Assembly (NCBI GenBank): GCA_029882685.1
Contig: JAOUKH010000001.1
Coordinates: forward strand, 3,159 to 67,158
Origin: Cyclobacteriaceae bacterium
GTDB taxonomy: Bacteria > Bacteroidota > Bacteroidia > Cytophagales > Cyclobacteriaceae
Length of the DNA stretch: 64,000 bases
Direction: 5' to 3'
The position numbers and the translations under genes are program-made. Under the pieces are notes generated by a model that saw nothing but the letters and a program-made list of their open reading frames with translations, did no database searches and was not told the origin of the DNA. Shown here piece by piece: positions 53,810 to 61,647 of this stretch (its first letter is position 1; each line of letters opens with the position of its first letter).

Positions 53810-53998
53810 ATGAAAAAGTCGAAGATAATATTTTTGATAGCAGCAGGGGTATTTTTATCTGTAATGTTTTTTTTGGGATATGATATTTCTTCTCGTACTA
53901 CTTGGCCTTGGTTAAAACCACGATCAAATGAACATGATGTAACTAGAGAAGTTAATACAGATACAGTAATGGTTGATTCTATAATTATTGCAAAATAA
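53810..53998 (+). CDS. Possible small membrane protein (62 aa)
   Basis: ATG at 53810 gives MKKSKIIFLIAAGVFLSVMFFLGYD... with one TM. The longer track ORF would overlap the dinB start. No homology recognised. Confidence 0.3.
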   Translation: MKKSKIIFLIAAGVFLSVMFFLGYDISSRTTWPWLKPRSNEHDVTREVNTDTVMVDSIIIAK

Positions 53999-54290
53999 TT
54001 ATTCATCAATAATAATTCTGTTTACATTAATTTTTTGTAGTGATTCCTATTATCAGTTTACTTATGTAGTAATGAAGATGTTACAATTATAGATAATGTT
54101 TTTCTTCTGGAGTAAACGTTGTACTTTCTGAATATACGTAAATTAAATTAGAAATTTTTCACATATAGTGAAGTTACTTTTAGGCATTTCTAACTATTTA
54201 TATGTGTTTGTTCACTTTACTTTTTATCAATTTAATAGTAGTTGTGGACACATGTATTTGAACAAGTAACATATAGTATAATTAAATATT

Positions 54291-54830
54291 ATGAAGAAGT
54301 TATTAATATATTCCATTGCATTATTTTTTATAAACAGCGTTTATGCTCAAAAATATAAAAGTGATAAAAGTGCTGTAACTTTTTATTCGGTGGCTCCAAT
54401 AGAAAATATTGAATCTACCAATATCAAGTCGCAAAGTATGCTAGATATTTCAAACCAAAACATTGTTTTTTCTATTCCGATAGATGGTTTTGAATTGGAA
54501 AAAGCATTAATGCAAGAGCACTTTAATGAAAAATATATGGAAACTGAAAAATTTCCAAAATCTACGTTTTCAGGAAAATTTGATGGTTTTGATATAAACA
54601 AAGAAGGGAATCAGGAAGTAAAAGCCAAAGGTAAACTTACCATCCATGGGGTTACTAAAACAATTAAAGTTTCTGGAAATATGAAATTTGAAGAAAATAG
54701 AATTGTATTGACTTGTACTTTTAAAGTGAAGCTGGATGATTACGAAATTGCAAGACCCCAAGTATTATGGCAGAATATTGCAGAAGTAGTAGATGTGAAA
54801 TTGTTATTCGAATATGCCAAAACCGATTAA
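54291..54830 (+). CDS. YceI family (polyisoprenoid-binding lipocalin-like) protein, copy 1
   Basis: Signal peptide, then the YceI-like pattern KSAVTFYS...FPKSTFSGKF...GKLTIHGVTK. 179 aa. Confidence 0.8.
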   Translation: MKKLLIYSIALFFINSVYAQKYKSDKSAVTFYSVAPIENIESTNIKSQSMLDISNQNIVFSIPIDGFELEKALMQEHFNEKYMETEKFPKSTFSGKFDGFDINKEGNQEVKAKGKLTIHGVTKTIKVSGNMKFEENRIVLTCTFKVKLDDYEIARPQVLWQNIAEVVDVKLLFEYAKTD

Positions 54831-54891
54831 CCTATGTTTAAACATGTTTAAAAAAAACACTAATTTTGAAATTCTAAAATCAATAATATAT

Positions 54892-55902
54892 ATGCGCATT
54901 TTTTATTTAATTGTTTTTGTATTCCTTTTGGCTAGTTGTGGACATAACGAGGAACTAACTCTTGATTGTAGTTTAGCACCTATAGATTTGAAAGTTGGTA
55001 AAGTTGTGGCGACAGATTGTGGAGTAAATATAGGTGAAATACATGTGGAGGCTTTAGGAGGAAATGGAGGCTATATGTATAGCTTAGATGGAACTAATTT
55101 TCAGGCAGAAGCTATATTTACCAGTTTATCAGCAGGTCAATATACTGTTTATGTTACAGATAAAGGAGATTGTGCTGCTCAGGTGAACGCAACTGTTCTT
55201 GATAATGGCAATGTTTCTATATCAACACCTGTATCTACCCAAAATGCAGATTGTGGTGTTTCAAACGGTTCACTTACTGTAGCTGCTACGGGAGGGGATG
55301 GTGTTTATTTGTATAGTTTAGACGGAGGTATACCACAAGCCGAACCATTATTTTCTCAATTAAATGCTGGAACATATACCGTTACAGTTGAGGATGGTAG
55401 TGGATGTGTGGCAATATCTACAGCTGTTATTGCAAATAACAATGGCATAATAGTTGATAATGTTGATAAAACTGATGCAGGTTGTGGAACTACACTAGGG
55501 GGTATAACTATTAACGTTTCTGGAGGAGACGGAACATATAGCTATAGTATTGATGGGACTACCTTTCAAGCGTCTAATAGTTTTACTGGTCTATCTAACT
55601 CTATTTATATGGTATCTATTAAAGATAATTCGGGATGTACAACATCTGTAGATGTCTCAGTATTGTCTGGTGTTAGTTTTCAGCAACAAGTAAAGGCGAT
55701 AATTGATGGTAATTGTGCAACTGCTAACTGTCATGTAGGAAGGGGAAGAACAGATCTTACACAATGGAGTGTAATACAAGCAAATTCAGAAGATATAAAG
55801 TCTAGAGTATTATCTGGTAACATGCCTAAAACAGGGACTTTAACTCAAAATGAAATTGACTTGATAGTTTGTTGGATAGATGATGGAGCTATAGATAATT
55901 AA
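54892..55902 (+). CDS. Lipoprotein with three SprB-type repeats and a C-terminal PSCyt1-like (cytochrome-like) domain
   Basis: Lipobox FLLASC. Three units of about 75 aa of the form DCG...G.I.V...GG.G.Y.YS.DG..FQ....F..L..G.Y.V.V.D..GC. The C-terminus has CATANCH...MP...LTQNEIDLIVCWIDDGA. ATG at 54892 is preferred. Confidence 0.7.
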   Translation: MRIFYLIVFVFLLASCGHNEELTLDCSLAPIDLKVGKVVATDCGVNIGEIHVEALGGNGGYMYSLDGTNFQAEAIFTSLSAGQYTVYVTDKGDCAAQVNATVLDNGNVSISTPVSTQNADCGVSNGSLTVAATGGDGVYLYSLDGGIPQAEPLFSQLNAGTYTVTVEDGSGCVAISTAVIANNNGIIVDNVDKTDAGCGTTLGGITINVSGGDGTYSYSIDGTTFQASNSFTGLSNSIYMVSIKDNSGCTTSVDVSVLSGVSFQQQVKAIIDGNCATANCHVGRGRTDLTQWSVIQANSEDIKSRVLSGNMPKTGTLTQNEIDLIVCWIDDGAIDN

Positions 55903-55906
55903 AATC

Positions 55907-56446
55907 ATGAAGAAGATATTTTTAATATTAATTGTTCTATTTAGTTTTAGTAGCATACATGCCCAAAAGTATAAGAGTGATAAAAGCACAGTAACTTTTT
56001 ATTCAGAGGCAGTAATAGAAAACATTGAGGCTACTAATAATAAAGCGCAAAGTGTATTAGATGTTACCAACCAAAATATAGTTTTTTCTATTCCTATTGA
56101 TGGGTTTGATTTTGAGAAAGATCTGATGCAGGAACATTTTAACGAGAAATATATGGAAACTGAAAAATTTCCAAAATCTATATTTTCGGGAAAATTCTCA
56201 GGATTTGACATCAATAAAACAGGCAAACAAAAAGTTGCAGCAAGTGGGAAGTTAACCATTCATGGTGTTGAAAGAAAAATAAGTGCTGAAGGGATAATGA
56301 TTGTGGAAGGAAATAAAATTAAATTGAGTAGTAGTTTTAAAGTAAAACTGAAGGATTATAAAATTGCTATACCACAACTGCTTTGGCAAAACATAGCAGA
56401 GGAGGTTGAAGTTGAATTATTATTTGAATACGCCAAAATCAATTAA
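55907..56446 (+). CDS. YceI family protein, copy 2
   Basis: 179 aa. Aligns without gaps to copy 1 at about 70% identity (125/179 by hand count). Confidence 0.8.
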   Translation: MKKIFLILIVLFSFSSIHAQKYKSDKSTVTFYSEAVIENIEATNNKAQSVLDVTNQNIVFSIPIDGFDFEKDLMQEHFNEKYMETEKFPKSIFSGKFSGFDINKTGKQKVAASGKLTIHGVERKISAEGIMIVEGNKIKLSSSFKVKLKDYKIAIPQLLWQNIAEEVEVELLFEYAKIN

Positions 56447-56449
56447 CTC

Positions 56450-57361
56450 ATGTTAAATAAAATTACATTACTACTTGTGTTACTTTTTATCTGTTCATTT
56501 GGTCATGCTCAAGATGACTTGATGAGCCTATTGGATAACGATTCTAATGAAAAAAAAGAGGTAACATCAGTTTTTAAGGGTACTCGGGTATTGTTAGGAC
56601 ACAGTACTAAGATGAGAAAGAAAAAGGAATTAGAACTTCTTATCTCTCACAGGTTTGGAGCACTAAATTCAGGGGCTTATGAGTACTTTGGTCTTGATGT
56701 ATCATCAATTAGGATTGGGTTTGAATATGGTGTAACCGATAATATAAACTTAGGGTGGGGAAGAAGTTCAAGAGATAAAACCTATGATGGATTTTTTAAA
56801 TATAAAGTTCTATCTCAGAGTAGTGGTCAAGGAGGCATGCCAGTTTCTGTAGCTTGGTTTTCAAATATTGCAGTTAAAACTTCTCCACAAACTAAAGTAG
56901 ACTCTACTTATGAGTTTAAAGAACGACTTTCATATACGCATCAGCTATTGATTTCACGTAAATTTTCTTCAGGTACTTCAATTCAGTTGATGCCTACTTT
57001 TGTGTACAGAAACAGACCAGATGATTTAACCGATCAGGATAAGATGTTTATTATTGGAATAGGAGGAAGACAAAAATTAACAAAAAGTGTAACGTTAAAT
57101 TTTGAATATTTTTACCGCATAAACCCAGTTGAAGAGGGTACTGAATGGTATATGGCAGTTAATCCTGAAGGTCAAAATGGAATTGAAAATGATTGTTTTG
57201 CTATAGGATTTGATATTGAGACTGGAGGGCATGTTTTTCAGATACAGTTCACAAATTCTATACTAACCAACGAACGCGGATTTCTTACAGGAACATTCGA
57301 TAATTTTTGGGCTGGAGATATTCACTTAGGGTTTAACATATCAAGAACTTTTCAGTTGTAA
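56450..57361 (+). CDS. Putative outer-membrane beta-barrel protein (DUF5777-like)
   Basis: Signal peptide LLFICSFGHAQ, alternating amphipathic beta-strand pattern, and a C-terminal aromatic (ISRTFQL). Family name is from memory and tentative. Confidence 0.55.
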   Translation: MLNKITLLLVLLFICSFGHAQDDLMSLLDNDSNEKKEVTSVFKGTRVLLGHSTKMRKKKELELLISHRFGALNSGAYEYFGLDVSSIRIGFEYGVTDNINLGWGRSSRDKTYDGFFKYKVLSQSSGQGGMPVSVAWFSNIAVKTSPQTKVDSTYEFKERLSYTHQLLISRKFSSGTSIQLMPTFVYRNRPDDLTDQDKMFIIGIGGRQKLTKSVTLNFEYFYRINPVEEGTEWYMAVNPEGQNGIENDCFAIGFDIETGGHVFQIQFTNSILTNERGFLTGTFDNFWAGDIHLGFNISRTFQL

Positions 57362-57423
57362 TAATTTTCCAGTTTTAATAACTGAAGTTAATAAAATTAC
57401 AGTATGCCATCAGGTGAGTTGAC

Positions 57424-57554
57424 TGTCAGGTTCAGGTCAGAGTTATAAATTATCTAGCGTAGGGAATTGACATCCCTAGTAACGGGGTGACTTACTTTCA
57501 TGCAGCATAAAGTCACCCGTAACTTTTGTACGTCAATGGTATCGAAACCTGACA
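57424..57554. other. Unassigned structured intergenic element (about 131 nt)
   Basis: A 9-bp closing stem tgtcaggtt (57424-32) / aacctgaca (57546-54) encloses hairpin taggga-N7-tcccta (57460-78) and hairpin gggtgactt-N16-aagtcaccc (57485-57518). About 42% G+C by hand count over 57411-57530. It lies between convergent genes. Confidence 0.3.
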
Positions 57555-57605
57555 ATATAATCTTATCACAATTGTGTTTATTAACATTTATTACTGAAAA
57601 AATAT

Positions 57606-58070
57606 CTACATTCTAGCTACCCCGCAAGGGTTACAGGTTTTGTGAACATGAATAGTAATATTTTCACTATTATCTTCAATGTCAAAAGTGGCATTGGGTT
57701 TGTTTTTCCATTTTTTGCATGTCACTTCATTTTCTTTAGCTGTGAGCTGAGAATTTACTTTGTTAGGTAGAAAAACATAGTAAGTTCCAAGACTTAATGA
57801 GGTAGAAGCTTTTCCATTTTCATCTACTGAAAGTTGAGTCATAGAGTCGTTTAAAATACTTTCTTTAGATATATATATGTCTTTATTAATGTAGAGAGTA
57901 GGAGTTTTTAAATCTTTTAATATTCTATCATTAGGTGGTACACCACCACAATAATCTGAGGTAGTAGTGACTTTAAATTTAACTTCTACATTTTTCTCAA
58001 TTTTATTTTTTGATGAACCACATGAAGTAGCTATTAAGACCAATGCAATTAAAATAGTGAAATTTTTCAT
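57606..58070 (-). CDS. Small lipoprotein of unknown function
   Basis: ATG at 58070 gives MKNFTILIALVLIATSCGSS (lipobox). 154 aa. The C-terminus has CNPCG. Confidence 0.6.
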   Translation of the reverse strand: MKNFTILIALVLIATSCGSSKNKIEKNVEVKFKVTTTSDYCGGVPPNDRILKDLKTPTLYINKDIYISKESILNDSMTQLSVDENGKASTSLSLGTYYVFLPNKVNSQLTAKENEVTCKKWKNKPNATFDIEDNSENITIHVHKTCNPCGVARM

Positions 58071-58271
58071 AGAATTTGTTTTTTCAATGATAGTGATAAT
58101 CAATTGATGTACAAAATTATAAACCATCATAAAAACCATTGAGGATTAATAATAAAGGATGTCTAATGACAAATAGTACATTTGCAAATGTTATTTACTA
58201 CTACGTCCAATGAAGACATTAAAAAATTATGTAAATAAGATTACTATGTTAGGTTTCATGTCGTAACGCAG

Positions 58272-58350
58272 AAAAAACCAACATATTTAAGCATATTTGG
58301 TTTTTTGCCATCACACTAAGCCGACTCTAAAAAACCAAATGTGCTTAAAT
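58272..58350. promoter_or_regulatory. Alternative-hairpin / inverted-repeat element upstream of the methyltransferase operon
   Basis: aaaaaaccaa (58272-81), ttggtttttt (58297-306) and aaaaaaccaa (58329-38). A 22-bp stem (58285-306 / 58329-50, one T-G pair) competes with a 10-bp stem (58272-81 / 58297-306). Confidence 0.3.
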
Positions 58351-58451
58351 CTCCCCACCCATCATGAAGCATGACTGAATTAGCAAAGAATCAAGCTATG
58401 ACTTGAAAAGGCCTTAATAATTCTCTATTTTTAGGGGTTTTTATCTAAGCA

Positions 58452-59510
58452 ATGACAAAGAAGAAAAAATATCTAGCAGTTGACGTTTTCTCAGGAGCTG
58501 GAGGGCTAAGTCTTGGGGCAATTAACTCAGGAATTGAAGTGATTCTAGCAGTTGAGAGAGATAAATATTCAGCCGAAACATTTAAGAGTAACCACCCTGA
58601 AACTAAAGTATTAAATGAAGACATCAATGATATTGATTTATCTAACATTAATATCGAGTCTCCCTTTATTTTATTTGGAGGGCCTCCTTGCCAAGGATTT
58701 TCATTGTCTAATACCAAAACAAGGAATAATGACAACCAGAATAACCACTTATTTAACAAATATTTCAAATGGGTTGAGACACTTCAACCAACTTGGTTCC
58801 TATTTGAAAATGTAGAAGGAATAGTTAGCTATAATGAGGGCAAAACAGTAGAACACATTCAATCACTTTTTGAATCAGTTGGGTACACTGTCAAAAAAGG
58901 TGTTCTTACTGCATCGGATTATGGAGTTCCTCAAGACCGAAACAGGTTTTTTATGATTGGGAACAACCAAGGCATTGACTTCACCTTTCCTGAAAAATTA
59001 GACCTTAAAGTATCCGTTAGTGAAGCATTGGGTGATTTGCCCAACTTAAATAATGGAGATTGTTATGACGAACAACCATATCAAATCAATAACGTGTCTA
59101 ATTATTCAAAATTGATGAGGGGTACTTCTAATTTGGCAACTCAAAACTACGTATCCAGAAATCAAGACTATGTAGTTGAGAGATATAGACATATCAAACC
59201 AGGTCAAAATTGGAAGGCCATCCCAGATCATTTAATGACTAACTACTCCAATAAAAACAATTGTCATAGTGGGATTTACAAACGATTAGACCCTACCAAA
59301 CCCTCAGTTGTGATATCAAACTATCGCAAGAATATGTTAATCCACCCTTTTGAAGATCGAGGACTATCCGTCAGAGAAGCTGCACGTCTTCAAAGTTTTC
59401 CTGACAATTTTAAATTTTCGGGGACACTTATGTATATTCAGCAACAAATAGGTAATGCCGTTCCTCCTTTAATGGCAGAAGCCATTTTCAGAAAAATACT
59501 TTCATATTAG
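58452..59510 (+). CDS. dcm: DNA (cytosine-5)-methyltransferase
   Basis: All canonical m5C motifs: I DVFSGAGGLSLG, IV GGPPCQGFS, VI FLFENVEG, VIII QDRNRFF, IX REAARLQSFPD, X GNAVPP. Confidence 0.95.
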   Translation: MTKKKKYLAVDVFSGAGGLSLGAINSGIEVILAVERDKYSAETFKSNHPETKVLNEDINDIDLSNINIESPFILFGGPPCQGFSLSNTKTRNNDNQNNHLFNKYFKWVETLQPTWFLFENVEGIVSYNEGKTVEHIQSLFESVGYTVKKGVLTASDYGVPQDRNRFFMIGNNQGIDFTFPEKLDLKVSVSEALGDLPNLNNGDCYDEQPYQINNVSNYSKLMRGTSNLATQNYVSRNQDYVVERYRHIKPGQNWKAIPDHLMTNYSNKNNCHSGIYKRLDPTKPSVVISNYRKNMLIHPFEDRGLSVREAARLQSFPDNFKFSGTLMYIQQQIGNAVPPLMAEAIFRKILSY

Positions 59511-59514
59511 CCTT

Positions 59515-61647
59515 ATGTCAAACGAAAAGAATAACCTGAAATTCCGCTTTGATGTAAGTGCTTATCGTCTATTGGGAAGAGAGCTAATCACAGATCGAAT
59601 TACAGCTCTTTTCGAATTGGTTAAGAATTCCTATGATGCAAACACAGATAAAGTCCATGTTTATTTTGATTCTGTAAATCCTAAGACCGAGGAAAGTAAA
59701 ATAGTTATCCAAGATGATGGTCTTGGAATGACACTAACCGACCTTAAAGACAAATGGATGGTTATTGGAACCAGTAGCAAAAGGAGGAATAGGGAATCTC
59801 CAGCTCCCTACAAAAGAAAGGTCGTAGGAAAAAAAGGGGTTGGAAGGTTTGCTGTTGATAAACTTGGTGCAAAGCTTTTACTTAGAACAACAAAAAAAGG
59901 TAGTGATAAGCTTATATGCTTGGAGACTGATTGGTCTCAATATGCTGATTTGGAACTAGAGCAACTCAAAATTGACTTTGAAAAGACCAAGGAAAAACAA
60001 CAGTTCTTTACTGATATTGAAAATAAGTACTGGTTTGAAGATGCTGATATTGACATACAGGGAACAACGCTTGAAATTTCCAAAATCAGTGAAACTTGGA
60101 CAGAAAGTGATTTAAAGAGAGCAAATACTGAGTTATCAAAACTCATCTCTCCTAACCATCAAACCAAGTATCCATTTGAAATAACTATTCACTCAACGGA
60201 TTATTCTGAATTTAAGAAAAAAGTTGTTGAGAGTATTGCCATACAGTACGCCACCGTAGAGGCTTCTTTGTCATTCGACTTTGAAACTGGGAAGCAACAA
60301 ATTCTCAAAGCAGAAAATGGGGAACTTAGGACTATTGAAGTCGAGAAGAGGTCATGCGGATTTCTTAAAATGAATATCTATTATTTCGATCAACCTGCTA
60401 AGAATAAATTCAAAAAAGTATTTTCTGATGAACTTATTGACGGTATTAAGGTCTATAGGGATGGTTTAATAGCTACTCCTTTTGCTGAGTACTCAGGTAC
60501 TCAAAACGAGCAAAAAGACCTTCTAGGAATTGACAAACGTAGATACTCATATTTTTTCGACAGGTTGGGGACTCGGGATTTATTGGGAAGCATTGAAATC
60601 ACAGATGTCCTTAATCCAGGAATTATAGATGCTACAAATCGACAAGACTTTGTTGATAATAAAGAATGGCACGAGCTTCGAAAGTATGTTATCGAGCAGA
60701 TATCTCAAATTGAAGCATATCTAAAACAAACCAGAGAGACTAAAAAAGCGAAAGTTGATTCCGAGCTAAAGGGGGCTGGTGATGATCTGAGTCAGATAAG
60801 AAAAGAGCTCAATAAGATCAGTAAATCTGCTCCTGTTGAGATGAAAGAAACCATTGATGCAATTGAAAAACAAGTGGCAAAAACTCAGGTTTCTGTAAAT
60901 AAAGGACTTAAAACCAAAATCACCCTAGAAGAAGAAAAAAAGCAACAAGAAAGTCTGTTATTCAGTTTAATTTCTCTGCAGACTTTTTCTTCAACACTTG
61001 CCCATATAACCAGAACCATAATTGGACGGATAAAAAGAACTTCCGAGTTCTTCAAAGAGAGATTTCCAGACCCTAAATTCGAAGAGGTTTTCAAGAAAGG
61101 TGCTGAGAAGATATTCAACGAAATGGAAAAACTCAGTGGAGCAATTGATTTTATGCTGAAATACGCTAAATCAGATTCAAAAATTGAAGAAGTAGATGTA
61201 AAAACTACCTTGGAGAATCTATTTGGAAATATCCACGATTACACATTCCAACAAGAGGATATAAAATATGAATTAGTAGTCAAAAAAGATTTGATTTTGA
61301 ACTACAATCAAACGGCATTTGAAGACATAATAGAAAATCTAATATCTAACTCCACAAAAGCCCTTATGGACGTTTCAGAAAAGAGACTGATTAAATGTGA
61401 ATGTCTGATCGAGAATGATAAATTAGTAATTTTATTTTCAGATAATGGGTCAGGTATAAAAGAAGAAGATCAGTTCCGAATATTTGATGTGTTTTATACT
61501 ACAACAGCCGAACAAGGTGGAGCTGGAATGGGCCTTTTCATTATTAAAACTAGATTAGAAGCAATCCAAGGGTCAATTGAATTGGTTGAAAGTCAATTCA
61601 AACCAACAGGAGCAACATTTAAAATCACCTTTCCATTCAAAAGATGA
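59515..61647 (+). CDS. Cytoplasmic dual-GHKL protein: N-terminal MORC/Hsp90-like ATPase fused to a C-terminal histidine-kinase core (DHp + CA)
   Basis: N-terminal Bergerat motifs ELVKNSYDA (N38), DDGLG (67-71), GKKGVG (105-110). K/E-rich coiled region about 400-480. H-box-like TLAHITRT (H497). C-terminal N-box ENLISNSTKAL, G1 DNGSGI, F IFDVFYTT, G2 GGAGMGL. No TM segment. Confidence 0.8.
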   Translation: MSNEKNNLKFRFDVSAYRLLGRELITDRITALFELVKNSYDANTDKVHVYFDSVNPKTEESKIVIQDDGLGMTLTDLKDKWMVIGTSSKRRNRESPAPYKRKVVGKKGVGRFAVDKLGAKLLLRTTKKGSDKLICLETDWSQYADLELEQLKIDFEKTKEKQQFFTDIENKYWFEDADIDIQGTTLEISKISETWTESDLKRANTELSKLISPNHQTKYPFEITIHSTDYSEFKKKVVESIAIQYATVEASLSFDFETGKQQILKAENGELRTIEVEKRSCGFLKMNIYYFDQPAKNKFKKVFSDELIDGIKVYRDGLIATPFAEYSGTQNEQKDLLGIDKRRYSYFFDRLGTRDLLGSIEITDVLNPGIIDATNRQDFVDNKEWHELRKYVIEQISQIEAYLKQTRETKKAKVDSELKGAGDDLSQIRKELNKISKSAPVEMKETIDAIEKQVAKTQVSVNKGLKTKITLEEEKKQQESLLFSLISLQTFSSTLAHITRTIIGRIKRTSEFFKERFPDPKFEEVFKKGAEKIFNEMEKLSGAIDFMLKYAKSDSKIEEVDVKTTLENLFGNIHDYTFQQEDIKYELVVKKDLILNYNQTAFEDIIENLISNSTKALMDVSEKRLIKCECLIENDKLVILFSDNGSGIKEEDQFRIFDVFYTTTAEQGGAGMGLFIIKTRLEAIQGSIELVESQFKPTGATFKITFPFKR

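Noticed and set aside
57424-57445. caggttcaggtcag resembles the CAGGUCAGG segment of bacterial SRP (4.5S) RNA
   Set aside because: The rest of the SRP domain IV signature (GNRA tetraloop, AGCA/GGAA symmetric loop partner) is absent on both strands.
58089-58108. Fur-box-like sequence gatagtgataatcaattgat (14 of 19 to the GATAATGATAATCATTATC consensus) just upstream of the lipoprotein ATG
   Set aside because: It is a weak match in very AT-rich DNA, and the enterobacterial consensus may not apply to Bacteroidota Fur. It is not supportable without a genome-wide motif model.
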